A DNA stretch of 62,972 nt, counting the filler, from Reticulomyxa filosa (taxonomy: Eukaryota; Protista; Foraminifera), in NCBI GenBank assembly GCA_000512085.1. It is 20 parts of 20 records of this genome, joined end to end, with 100 filler letters (N's around TTAATTAATTAA, not from the genome) between each part and the next. Parts side by side here need not be neighbours in the genome. Positions count along the whole stretch, not along the records: positions 7,567 to 17,265 come from ASPP01026208.1; positions 17,366 to 23,832 come from ASPP01000981.1; positions 23,933 to 25,200 come from ASPP01025905.1; 17 more parts are not named here. One strand, given 5' to 3'. Positions 12,975 through 25,200 of this stretch are shown piece after piece. The stretch's first letter is position 1, and each line of letters starts with the position of its first letter. A model generated the notes under the pieces. The model was given only the letters and a program-made list of their open reading frames with translations, was not told the DNA's origin and made no database searches. The position numbers and the translations under genes were made by a program.

Positions 12975-13062
12975 TAAAAGTGTAACGTATATCCAGTAAA
13001 CCAGAAAAAATCATCACAATTTGCTACTAAAATTTTGGTTAGAAACACAAAAAGTTCACGTT
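12975..13062 (+). repeat. Interspersed repeat, copy 1 (inverted copy at about 19097-19182)
   Basis: ataaaagtgtaacgtatatccagtaaaccagaaaaaatcatcacaatttgctactaaaattttggttagaaacacaaaaagttca is nearly the reverse complement of tgaactttttgtgtttctaacaaaattagtagcaaactgtgattattttttctggtttactggatatacgtttatacttttat. Confidence 0.85.
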
Positions 13063-14898
13063 TTAGGAGTTGCTAATTTTTTTGTCGCAACTGTAGTAGT
13101 ATAAGTTTGTTTTGTATTTGATCTTTGACAATAAAATACGATATCCACTTCCGATGTTATGTTGACTTCCCAATACTCGCAAAATTAGACATTTGTATAG
13201 TGTATTTCCCTATCAAATTTTTTTTCAGTTTTTTTTCCATACATTATCTTTTCAGTTGCAAATTTCATTGACTTCTTTGAAGTAACCTAGTGTTCTTTAT
13301 ATGTTTCTGTTTGTGGTTGCTTTGTGGATGTTTTAAACTAAGATAAAATGTTTTCCCACAAATTCGACATCGATTTTTTATTTGCTTAGAGACTTTATTA
13401 AAAATTATTTAATTCATAATTAGTTGTTTCATCCTATCATATGAAACAAACTACATAAAATCACGTTTATTACAAACAGTATACACACCAGAAAAAATTG
13501 TTTCATTTTTAAATTAATTATCGTATTTTTTTTCTTCAAAAGTTCACGATACATTATTGAAAGTGTTATTTAGAATAAAAAAAAGTTCTTCGTTCAAATG
13601 AGAAAATTTTTTTTAAAAGTTTAGTTTTCAAGTTTTTTGTTCGTAACGTGTAATTTATCAACGACATATTCTTTGAGCTAGTCGATTTTTTTTTAGTAAG
13701 TTCTTATAGTATTTTGTTAAAAAAAAAGAAAAACTTGTTTTTGTACATGACAATTTACAGTTTCTGTTCTGAAAAATAATTTTAGAATCAAAAAATTTGC
13801 TAATTAAATGTAACTAAAAAAAAATAAGATTTATGCAAAATAAATTTAAGTTTGTGTAGTGTAATGAATTATGACGATGTAAGAGTGCGTCTTAAGTCTT
13901 ATGCTTCTTCCAAGTTCATTTTATATTTAAAAGCATATGAAAAGACAGTTAATAATCAGGCAGAGCTTTCTTGTTAAAAACTACTTTTTCTTTTGAAAAA
14001 ACGAAGTGTGGGAAAAATTTAAATGCGGTGTTCATTAACTCACCCAACAAACATCGTTCTCCTGCATCATGCAACAATCGGAAGGTTAAAAAAACTATGA
14101 GTTTAATCAATTGAAAAATAAATTGTTTTCTGTTTTGACGTACTAGTTTTCACGAGGGGATTTTTTAAATCAAAATAACACCTTTTTTTTTGTCATATCA
14201 TGTTGCAGTTTTCCCATTTTGCAATAACTATCACAGATCATCCAGATCTATTACTGCTATGAAGAAAATTAACCACAAAACGTGTTCTTCGCATTTGCAT
14301 CTGCTTTTTAAATCAATTTAATATTGCAAAAATCTTTGATTTTGATTCATTCCTATTACAGATCACCTTTCTTTTCGGATATTACTACAACTGATGTCAC
14401 TTTGCTTTTTGTATAAATACCGACTGAGTTAGTATAGTTTGTGAATACTAACTCATGAAAATAAAATCATTATTCACTTTTCTATCTGATCTCTGCACTA
14501 ACTACAAAACAGCGCACGAGTATTGTGTTGCATTTGGGACAATGTCACAGGAAACATTGAAAGATATAATCTTGTCAAAGTAAATTGTACTTCCTTGTTC
14601 GTCAAAATTTTTCAAACTGACCACTCTGAACACATTACTTCAAGGATCCATCAACAACAAACTGTTCATCTAAAAATACTTGAACGAAAAGACTCAATAA
14701 CTAAAGTATGAATGCTTAAGTAGAATTCATATTTAAATTGATATCCTTATGTCACCTTTTCTACATCACATTCTACTAACATGGAAATCTAAAAGTAAAC
14801 ACGCGTGTCCAAGTTTAATGACCATAACATTTTATCCTGCACATATGAACAAAAAATTTCTCACAATTAAAACAAATTCAACTAAGTGCATCCAAATT

Positions 14899-17265
14899 CT
14901 AGATATTAAAGTCAAATTTTATGTGTACTTCATGTTCGACATATTCTTTTCCTTTGATTGTCACTGTCACTCGAATCATTGTTTCACCAAAATAAAAACG
15001 AACATCATAGCTATCCTTCAGATTGTCAAAATCTTCCGGAAATGGAACTTTAATATTTCCTAAACGTTTGCATTTTGTTATCACTCCTGGATCTATTTTC
15101 TCACTACGATAGATTGAGACACATGTGTCTTTGTTATTTTTACTTGCTGGGGTGTAACTCATTTCAATCATCTGTAAATAATCAAATAATGAAAAAATCA
15201 ACACAAAAAAAATAATATCAACATTTGATTATTGAAACATAACAATTGATTGCAACAAATATTAAAATATTAACTTGTCCCACTTTCACTTCTTCATTTT
15301 TATTCACAAATACATCAAAACAATTACTAACGTACTCTTCGTTGTCAGTATCACTAATAAATTTGTATTTGTTGATATGATCTTCACTAATTTCCGGATG
15401 AGATTGAGCTCTTTCAGTTGGCCAACAAATATTATTACCATAAGTGTACTTAACAATTCTGGAAGTAATAAAAGAAGGGATTCTTGCTAATTGCGCAGCT
15501 CCTTCAATTACTGATAAAACAGGTCTTTGAGGAATTACAAATGTGTATTTTGGTTCGTAATGTTGTTTAAGTTTGGATTGTAGATAATGAGATTGACTAA
15601 ATCCACCCACCAAACATATATATTTCAGTTTTCCACTCAATATTTTTTCATTTTTATTCAACATCTCATTCATTTTTTTGATAATTGGATCAATTCTTAT
15701 ATCAAATAATTTCGTCCACAGCTTACAAGAAAGTGATAAGTATTCATGATCATATTCATGTCTTTCATTTTTATTTTTTTGTTTTAATTTTAATGAATTG
15801 GTTATGTAGTCTTTTTAAACATAGGAAAGGAGAATAAGAAGCAAACCCAGATTCTCCAAGATATTCAAATTTGGCAACTAATTCTTCCAGCTCACCAATG
15901 ATATTTTTTTGCATAAATTGATCAAATTCATATGGGATTGGAATTCGATGGACTCCATTTTTCTTTTGAATTTTGAAAAATCGTTGTTTGCTGTCTTCAA
16001 TATCCGCCAACAATTTTAGATAATCTTTAGGAAAAGTTTTTTGAAATTTTTTCATGGCTTCTTCTCCAAATATTTGTTTAAAGATTGTCTCAACATCATG
16101 ATCAATATAAGAGCCACCCCAAGGCCCTCCGAATGAAGCGATCATTTCTCTGACTTGAAATGGTCCTGTGATCTCATGACACACCATATCAGCAGTCCCT
16201 GCTCCCAAATCCATCATCATATAACAATCTCCTGTTTTAAATTGTATTCCACTTTGATTATCTCGCATTGCAAGCATCATACAAACACTTGCACATTCAG
16301 GTTCAAGTGCAATAATCAATTGATTAGGAATGGATGAATTCCACAAAGTTGCCTGTTTTGCCCATTGTTTCATTATTCCTTTTGCTTCTTCACTCCAAAT
16401 TGCTGGCACTGTGATTGCCCATTGTATTTTATTTTCATTTACAATCAAATTATTTTGCTCCAAATATTGCATTGCCTTTTGTTTGCAATATTTCAAAGCA
16501 CCAACAAACACAGTTTCAGATTTGACATTGACACCATTCATGGATTGCAATTCTTGTTTAATAGTTGATTGTTTGTTTGTCTGATATTGACCTGCTACAT
16601 CTATTTTTTATTTATGCGTATAATGACTTTTTTTTTTTTTTTTTTGTTAAATCACAACATTAACAAGAAAAGTAAGAAAAAAATAAAAATGAAAACTAAC
16701 CATACAAATACATTTTGAATCGATGAAATAACAATCGTTGATTGGTATCTTTGTTGTTTGGAGATTGATATCTTTCAAGAACAAATAAAAACAAATTCAA
16801 TTGTTTTTGTTTGTTTGTGTATGATGTTAATTTAAAATTTAGATTTGAAACTGATGCCAGGCCTCATTTCCAAAAGCAATGACATTATGATTTTCATCCA
16901 ATAACAATGCTGTCTTTGTTTTTCCATTTAATTCTGCTCGATCAGATATTCCATTGCTGTTCCAATCTGTTATGAGATGAACCCCTTTCGATTTTTTCAT
17001 ATTAATACCCATTGCTGTTCCTTCTGTTCCAAAATCAATTGCAATTATGCAATCGAAATTTTCCGTATTTTTCCATGGAATGCTGGAGCTTTTTTTAATG
17101 AAAAACGGAGTCAGTACTAATTCAAGAGTGAGTGAATTAAATAGAAAAAACCTTAAAACTGGTCTGCGTTGAATTGGTTTTGGGGTTTGACAGTGAATGC
17201 ATTTCAAATATTCTTGCGCGTTTTTCTTCTCACATCTTGTACAAAGCCATTCTCCTTTTGTGTGT
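14899..17265 (-). CDS. HSPA12-like atypical Hsp70 with N-terminal RanBP2-type zinc finger, multi-exon, 5' truncated
   Basis: Motifs IIAIDFGT, KTKTALL, FHRFKMYL, WAITVPAIWSEEAK, IALEPECAS, DLGAGTAD, GGPWGGSYID, LVGGFSQSHYL, SVIEGAA and SRIVKYTYG are HSPA12-subfamily signatures. Confidence 0.88.
17175..17249 (-). other. RanBP2-type zinc finger coding segment
   Basis: Translates as WLCTRCEKKNAQEYLKCIHCQTPKP, an exact W-x-C-x2-C-x3-N-x6-C-x2-C match. Confidence 0.85.
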
Positions 17266-17365
17266 NNNNNNNNNNNNNNNNNNNNNNNNNNNNNNNNNNN
17301 NNNNNNNNNTTAATTAATTAANNNNNNNNNNNNNNNNNNNNNNNNNNNNNNNNNNNNNNNNNNNN

Positions 17366-17498
17366 AGATAAAGACGATGGTGGAATAACTTGTCTTAAAT
17401 ATATTTTATTGAAAAAGAAAGAGAATACAAAGAATATTACATATGATTTGAATTTGTGTTATGGTTCAGTTAAAGGTCCCATTCGTATTTGTGGATAA
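17366..17498 (+). CDS. 3' end of a WD40-repeat protein (amplified family)
   Basis: DKDDGGITCLKYILLKKKENTKNITYDLNLCYGSVKGPIRICG* is homologous to the end of ORF 23499..23819. Confidence 0.8.
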
Positions 17499-18094
17499 TT
17501 TATTTTTTGTCGAATAAGAAATGAAAGTGTTTTTGTTTGAAAAGTTTGATTAAAAGAAAAGTAAGTTGATATCAAACTTGTCTGATTTGGTTGAATGAAA
17601 GCATTGAATTGATTTGTTTTATTTTACTTTGTTGTTTAAAAATTGAAAAAGTTGCATTCAATGTCTTTAAAGAATTCAAAAGCATAATTGATGAAAATGT
17701 ATTCAACTGGCAACATAAATTGCAAGTTATTTCAAGTGTTGTGTTTCCTCAATGCTAATTTTTTAAATTGTTTTTTTTTAATATCTATTTGCTATTGTTT
17801 TTGGTATAGTATCGAAAATTCAAAACAGGAAAGTGTTTAAGTGATAAAAGGATGCATTATCAAAAACAACATTATCTCTTGAAGCAAGATTTGAGCGATC
17901 AGTAATTTAAAGAATGAAATCAGATGAAGAGATCTCAGAAATACAATAGTTTGCAAAAAAAACAGGATACCTGAAATGCTACTTTATTAAGATCCTTTTT
18001 TTTTTCTTTGTATTTGAATTTTGTGATTTGTAATAAGATTTAACATTATATCGCTGTGACAGCAAAAGACTTGAAATTGAATGGAATATATATT

Positions 18095-18260
18095 ATTACA
18101 AAAAAGATAAAACCAAAACTAACTGAAGAACATAAAGCAAAGCGACTTCATTTTATTGATGAACACAAATACAAAACATCAAATAAGTGAATTGAACAAA
18201 ACAAAAAGAACATGATTAAGTTTCCTCCAAATTCGCATGGTCTATGCATGCTAAAAATGG
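18095..18260 (+). mobile_element. Decayed Tc1/mariner (IS630-like) transposase remnant
   Basis: KKIKPKLTEEHKAKRLHFIDEHK matches the Tc1 KPxLTxxHKxxRLxF motif. It is followed after an apparent deletion by KFPPNSHGL, compare WPPxSPDL. Confidence 0.55.
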
Positions 18261-19096
18261 GAAAAAGTAGAAAAAGGCATATGCAAAAACTTAATTAAAT
18301 GCCAAAACAAATGCAATACCAAAGAAAAGCTAACAAAGTGATAAAAAATATTTTTAAAAAAATTTTCAAATTGTAAAAGGAAAAAATTATTTTACTAAAA
18401 ATGACTTTATTTAAAAATCAGTATCATATTTAAAAACTTTAACATTTGCAAATATTTTTTTAAAAAATCAGCATTTTAAGTTTACTGTTTTTTTGCTAAC
18501 TACTATAGTTCATCTTAAAAAAACTTAAGCTGTGATTGTATGCAAAGCAAATATATCCTTCATGATATCATATTCTATATGCTTTTGCATTACTTGGGCA
18601 TGTAAAATAACAAAAATATTATTTTGACAATAATTTAAGAAACAACAAGTTCAATCTAATATGCAATTGATTGTTTTTGATATAATTACATTAAGGCAGT
18701 GTTCGAGGAATGTATAAAAAGAGGAGATTTCGGATATGTATTACATTATCTTTATTTAATTATTGTGTTTGGAGAACAAATAAGATAATGGAAATATTAA
18801 ATTATTCATAGAAATAAGAAAATTTGATTCCAATAGATGAAATAACATGCACAACGATTATATCAGGATTTTAAAAGCAAACAAGAAGTGCATGAAATCA
18901 AGTTCCAAAATTAGGTTTAAACAATAATATTAACTTGAAAGATCAAGAAACGACATATTGAAAACAAAGACGTTGAAAAAGTATTATTCTAAGAATCCGT
19001 TTACATTCAATCCTTATGTTTTTGGCAACATGATATTTTTAATAAAGGAAAAAAAATGATTACAGTTTCAACAAAAAAAAATTAGCCACCCTTAAA

Positions 19097-19182
19097 ATAT
19101 GAACTTTTTGTGTTTCTAACAAAATTAGTAGCAAACTGTGATTATTTTTTCTGGTTTACTGGATATACGTTTATACTTTTAT
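19097..19182 (-). repeat. Interspersed repeat, copy 2 (see 12975-13062)
   Basis: Reverse-complement match to 12975-13062 on a different contig. Confidence 0.85.
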
Positions 19183-19848
19183 AAGTAGTTTGTAAGAACA
19201 TAAACAAAAATTTAGAAAAGTTGTTGTAAGAAAAAAATTTTCAAAAATGATTGGAATTGAGGCACAATCTCCACATCACCTTGAGGTAGGTAGCAGGATG
19301 TATCCGCTTTTTACAAAATTGTTTACAAAAAGATGTTTTCACAGTAGATATATAATAACTACCGTTACAAACAAATAAAAACAAACAAAACATCAACAAA
19401 AATTCTTAACATTTCGTATGCCCACCCCTTGCATTGATCACAGCTTTTATCATATCAGGCATGGATCCCACTAACGTTCTACAAATATCTTTGTCAAACA
19501 ATGTGTTTAGTTTTTGCTGTTTATTAATTAACAAAATTCAAGCCTTACTGTAATAGAAGGAGCATTTTGGAAATGCAAAATACACAATAGTCTGTGATTA
19601 CTTAAAATATTTATTATTCACTTTAGAATAATCTCATTAAAAGTAACAATGTATTCTTAGATTTAAATATTTATTCACAATAAATTGTAAAAACAGCACT
19701 CTACTCACGCATAATGACTTTGTTCCAGAAGTTAGAATTTGAAATGCCTCATGCAAACAGGATTTAAAAACATCAAATAGTCGAATCTCATGTACTTTCC
19801 CCTTTTAAAAAAATCTATACTACTTCATAGTTCCTCAACATTAACAAC

Positions 19849-21057
19849 ATGAGCAATCAAATCTTTCAAACTTTGAAGGAGTTACCCACTACACTTTCTC
19901 AAGTTCAATGTGTGTTACACAAACACGAACTCCTCATTTGTGGAGGTAATTATGAAAGAGCTTGTTATTCTTATCATACACTCAAAAACAAATACAAAAT
20001 TATCCAAGTCATGTTAAATTAGTTGGACACTGTGTAGTGAAACTGATAGATAACAACAAAGATAAAAATCAAATCACTTTGTTGTCTTTTGGTGGATATT
20101 ATAAACATACATTGGTGATGAAATATGTAAGTGTTTGGACTAATGATAACAATAATTATGAAAATAAAATGAATAAATCAAAAAAATTAAACAAATCAAA
20201 CAATTGCAATGAATGGACTCCTTTCAAAGACAATCACAATCATCCAATTATCATTGGAAGAGACAATGATAATTATCGAGGAATGCGTGCATTGGTTGGT
20301 GGAATCAATAATCATTTATTATTTATCACTTATTTTAAAAATAATATTAGTGTGTTTGATTTAAATATATTTCAATTTATTAAACACGATACTTTACCAA
20401 CTATATATAGTATATGGTATCATTGCTTTGTTTCAAAACCAGAAAATAAACAAGAACAAGAAATGATGAAAACAAATAAACAAAATTATCAAATGCTGTT
20501 GTTTAAACAAAAGACAGTATTATCAATTGAATATGATGAAGATAACAACACTTTTCAATTTCATAAACTACCTGTTTGTAAGGATATTACACCATTCTGT
20601 GCATATGCATGTGTGTGTATCAATGATGTCGTCTTGTCCTTTGGTGGATATAGTGGTATTAATGATATTTCAAAATCGGTATTCAAATATTCAATTCGAG
20701 AAAACAAATGGATGACGTTTGAAAACACTTTACCCAGTCCATTGTCTTATTGTGTTGCAATATTGCGTGAAGAAGATAATCATATTCACATCATTGGAGG
20801 AAAAGATGATAAAAATGCATCAGTATCAACTCACATGAAGACAAAAGTGCGTGAATGGGATCCTTCACAGTTGGTAACGATTTGTTTATTTATTATTTTT
20901 TTATTTTAAATGAAACATAAAAATTTGATCGTAAAATAATAATAAACAGTCAAAAAATGAAATAAAATGTATTGTCGAACATTGGATTCAAACTTTAAAG
21001 ATAAAATTGGGATGGATCAATGATTTTAGTAAAATTATTTTTAAATACAGCACATAG
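19849..21057 (+). pseudogene. Kelch-like beta-propeller gene, 2 exons, frameshifted near 20000
   Basis: MSNQIFQTLKELP...HELLICGG...HTLKNKYK is followed by an apparent 10-nt deletion relative to the paralog, then ORF 19962..20909. Kelch GG-Y/W motifs are present. Terminal exon about 20950-21057 reads SKNEIKCIVEHWIQTLKIKLGWINDFSKIIFKYST*. Confidence 0.75.
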
Positions 21058-21807
21058 AGATTATGGATTTTCGATGAAGAAACACAATTGAATATCTATA
21101 AATCATGTCTTCTTTAAATATAGTTTTGATTATGGTCTTTATTTCAATGACGATCAGTTGATTAAACAAATGAACCTCTCCAAATAGAACACTCAAAAAC
21201 AAATGATTCCATCAATTTTTTCTTTTCAGTTTTTTTCAACAAAATTGTGAAAATGAAAGACTTTAAAATTGCACACTCTTTATTGCTTGGACGTAGTCAT
21301 TAAAAACTTTGTTTTTGACTTTTTTTCAGTTTTTTCTACTATTAATGAGAACTCTTTTCTTAGAAGGGGAAGGGAGTACATGAAGCAAAAGTAGATGGTA
21401 ATTGAATCTTCAGACAAAGGAGTTGACGAGTTTTATGTCCAGAAATAGTTTATTGTGAAAAATTTTTAACTCCATCTAATAATGAGACTTTTGTAAGAAC
21501 AGAAAAATTTTCTAGTTTGCATTAAAAAAAAGAGGAGTATTCTCCATTTAATTATCCGTTCAGTAAAAACAAAGGTAATAGTTTCATTTATATTACGTAT
21601 TTAAAGACTTCTTTTAACTTATATCTCCATTTTTGAAAAAATAACCAAATACAAACACAAGCAAGTAAATGAAAAAACTCAAAAGATAAAGTAAAACTGA
21701 CAATTTATTATTTGTTAACCTTTTTAATATTTTGAAAATAATTAAGAAAAAATTGTCAAATTTCATAATTTGAAATAAAGCCAAAACCAAAATCATATTT
21801 AATAAAT

Positions 21808-23091
21808 TTATTTCATGTATCTTATAATAATTTGATCAAAATCATCGATCCATCCTAATTTTATCTTTAAAATTTGATTCCAATACTTAATAATAAATTT
21901 TATTTCTTTTTTTGACTGTTCATTATTTATTATTTATCAATCAAATTTATTTATGTTTCATCAAAATAAATAAGTAATAAAAAAACAAATCATTACCAAC
22001 TGTAAAGAATACCATTCACACACTTTTGTCTTCATGTGAGTTGATACTGATGCATTTTTATCATCTTTTCCTCCAATGATGTGAATATGATTATCTTCTT
22101 TATTCAATATTCCAAGACAATCTTTTAATGGATTGGGTAAAGTGTTTTCAAATGTCATCCATTTGTTTTCTCGAATTGAATACTTGTGCACTGATTTTGA
22201 GATAGCATTTTCACCATCAAATTCACAATTCCATCCACCAAAAAACAAGATGATATCATTGATACACACATATGCATATGCACAGAATGGTGCAATATCA
22301 TCACAAACAGGTAGTTTATGAAATTGAAAATTGTTGTTATCTTCATCATATTCAATTGATAATCCCGCATTAAAACAAAATAACAGCATTTGATAATTTT
22401 GTTTATTTGTTTTCATCATTTTTCGTCCTTGTCCATTTTCTGATTTTGATACAAAGCAATGATACCATATCCATTTAGCAGTTGGTAAAGTATCGTGTTT
22501 AATGAATTGAAATATATTTAAATCAAACACACTAATATTATTGTATTTATAAGTGATAAATAACAAATTATTGTCGATTCCACCAATCAATGCACGCACT
22601 CCAAGATAATCATCACTATCTCTTCCAATGATAATTGGATGATTGTGATTACCTTTGAAAGGAATCCATTCATTGCAATTTTTGAATTTATTTGATCTCT
22701 TTGATATATTACTCCAAACACTTACATATTTCATCATCAATGTATGTTTATTTTTTCCTTTATAATCAGATCCAAAAGACAACAAAGTGATTTGATTGCT
22801 GTCTTTGTTGTTGTTATCTATCAGTTTCACTACACAGTGTCCAATTAATGTGACGTCACTTGGATACTTACAGACAAATTTGTATTCGTTTTTGAGTGTA
22901 TGATAAGAATAACAATCTCTTTGACAAATACCTCCACAAATGAGGAGTTCATGTTCGTGTTGCACACATTGAGATTGCCAAAATGTAGCGGGTAACTTCT
23001 TCAAAGTTTGAAAGGGGGTAATAATCTGTTGACTTTGTTTGGTTTGTGGTTCTCTTTCAGGAGAGTTTTGTGTTGTAGTTCGATTGCCCAT
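21808..23091 (-). CDS. Kelch-like beta-propeller protein, intact, 2 exons
   Basis: Starts MGNRTTTQ (possible N-myristoylation) and contains LLICGG, LLSFG, LIGG, FFGGW and HIIGG. Terminal exon about 21808-21915 reads SKKEIKFIIKYWNQILKIKLGWIDDFDQIIIRYMK*. Close paralog of 19849-21057. Confidence 0.85.
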
Positions 23092-23498
23092 GTTGTTAAT
23101 GTTTAAGAAGTTTTTAAGTTTAATTTTTTTAGAAAAAAGGGACGTGACATGACCCTTTTTGAGAAAACAAAAATATTTTACACAGATATTTTTTATTTGG
23201 TTAATGAAACAAAAAAATTGCACATATTTGAGCAATGAAAATTGAAATGCATGAAAGGTTGAATTATTGTGTCGAGAACTTTCAGTGAAAAAGTAAGAGA
23301 TCAGAATACTTTTTAATCAAATGTAGAAACTGATGTAATGTTATCCATTATGAATTAAAGTGAAAAGAATATTTTCATCTTTTCTAAACTGCTTTCCACA
23401 AGTCTACAAAATTTATTGATTTTTTTTTACTTCATTTAAACTGTTCTTCAATGATTCTACTTTCATTATTTCTTACTCTTATTCGACAAAAAAGTAAA

Positions 23499-23832
23499 TT
23501 ATCCCCAAATACGAATGGGACCTTTGCGTGAACCATAACACAAATTCAAATCATATGTAACATTCTTCATTTTATTTTTCCTTTTCAATCCAATAAATTT
23601 AAAACACAATACTCCTTCATCTTCTTTGATCATATATAATTCATTATTGTTTGATCGAACATCCCAAAAACGAATTGTATTATCAGTTGATCCAGAACAT
23701 ATCACATTTGAATTACCAACGCTATAGTTTGTTACAAATGGTGAATATTCAACAGACCATACAGAATCTGTATGTCCATTGAATACTTGAATTTGTTGAC
23801 CAGATCGAATATCCCACAAACGAACACTTTTA
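23499..23832 (-). CDS. WD40-repeat protein, C-terminal part
   Basis: Canonical WD40 repeat: LWDIRSGQQIQVFNGHTDSVWSVEYSP...CSGSTDNTIRFWD. Confidence 0.92.
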
Positions 23833-24519
23833 NNNNNNNNNNNNNNNNNNNNNNNNNNNNNNNNNNNNNNNNNNNNTTAATTAATTAANNNNNNNNNNNN
23901 NNNNNNNNNNNNNNNNNNNNNNNNNNNNNNNNTTGCGGTTGTGGTTGTGGCTGCATCTCCACTGCATTATCTAATGTGCTCATTCTTTCGCCCACTTGCA
24001 CAAATCTTTTCAGAAGATGTATAGCTTCTTTGAAAAATTCACTTTTTTACTGTCTATGCAAAGTAATTTGCTTTGGTAGAATGTAATACGGAATTGCTGT
24101 TAAAAAAAAAGCTTGAATCTAAACAATATCACACATAAAAACACGCAAATTATAATATGTGTGACCACCATAATATGTAACTTTTTTTTTGTATTTTTGT
24201 CTTCATTGAAATAAAAATGATTGCACATTTGATTTTTGTTGTTGTTGTTGAATAATGATTGTATTGAAAAGATAGGCTTTGCCAAACATAAAACAAATAA
24301 ATAAAAATTAATTAAAATGGTGATCACCAAGTTGAATCGCTAAGTAGTTTCCCTTTACAATAAGCTTCTTACAATGTGAATAACGAATTTTTTTGGGTTA
24401 AAAGTGGGGATAAAAAAAACAATAACAATCAACAATTCCTAAGGAAAACTTGAACTGCAGAGTAAGTTACACTAACAAAAGATCAAACTAGAGGCAATAT
24501 AAAATTGTGTGAAACACTG

Positions 24520-25200
24520 TTACTTTTTCAAAATTTTCCACAGCACTCGGATATTGCATAGCACCCAGTTGGAAGCTAAATTGGATATGTGCCATTCGCT
24601 ATTGCGTAATTGCATTTTAAATTCTGTAACGAATTCATCAGTGAGTTGGAGCCAGTCTGTTATATGTGGATTCACATGCAATATCACAAAATTGTGATTT
24701 GGCTTTGCATCAGAGAGAGAGAGACAGGGGATAGAGATAGAGAAAAGCAAACACAAACCAGTGGAGAATTTGGGATCAGGACATTTTCCTCTTTTTATGG
24801 ACATTTCCTGACATTTCAGTGCATGCATTAATCCAACAAGAAAATCGGAGTCATCAGCCAGTTGATGATAAGCAACGAAAATACTGGTATTTTCGTTTTG
24901 TTGATAGCAACCAAGCAAATGCGATCTGTGAGAGTTATACGAGTCATTCCAAACGATCCACTCTTCCGGTATCTGAGTAAGATTGGAGGCCAACACGATA
25001 TTGAATCGTTTCTCTCGCAAAACGGAGGGAGTAGAAAAAAGCCAAACGCTTTCCTGCGAAGCAATCTCCCTTGGTGTCGGAACGCTTTTGTGCTTCAAAA
25101 AGTGCTGACAAATTAGCACTGCCCGTGTGTAATTGACACTCCTCAGAGCCAAGTACTTTACGCCAATGTAGTTTGCGACAATATGCACTATTGTCAGTCC
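24520..25200 (-). CDS. RUS1 / DUF647 (root UVB sensitive, C16orf58-like) protein, C-terminal part
   Basis: HIVANYIGVKYLALRSVNYTRA...VPTPREIASQES resembles the family motif HxxANYxAVxxxxxxTLNxxR...VxxPxxxxxxE. Confidence 0.7.
   Translation of the reverse strand, partial: GLTIVHIVANYIGVKYLALRSVNYTRAVLICQHFLKHKSVPTPREIASQESVWLFSTPSVLREKRFNIVLASNLTQIPEEWIVWNDSYNSHRSHLLGCYQQNENTSIFVAYHQLADDSDFLVGLMHALKCQEMSIKRGKCPDPKFSTGLCLLFSISIPCLSLSDAKPNHNFVILHVNPHITDWLQLTDEFVTEFKMQLRNSEWHISNLASNWVLCNIRVLWKILKK

Noticed and set aside
7567-17265. Functional linkage of the RSH-like gene and the HSPA12-like gene
   Set aside because: They share a contig and strand but are about 4 kb apart in a eukaryote, with no evidence of co-regulation.
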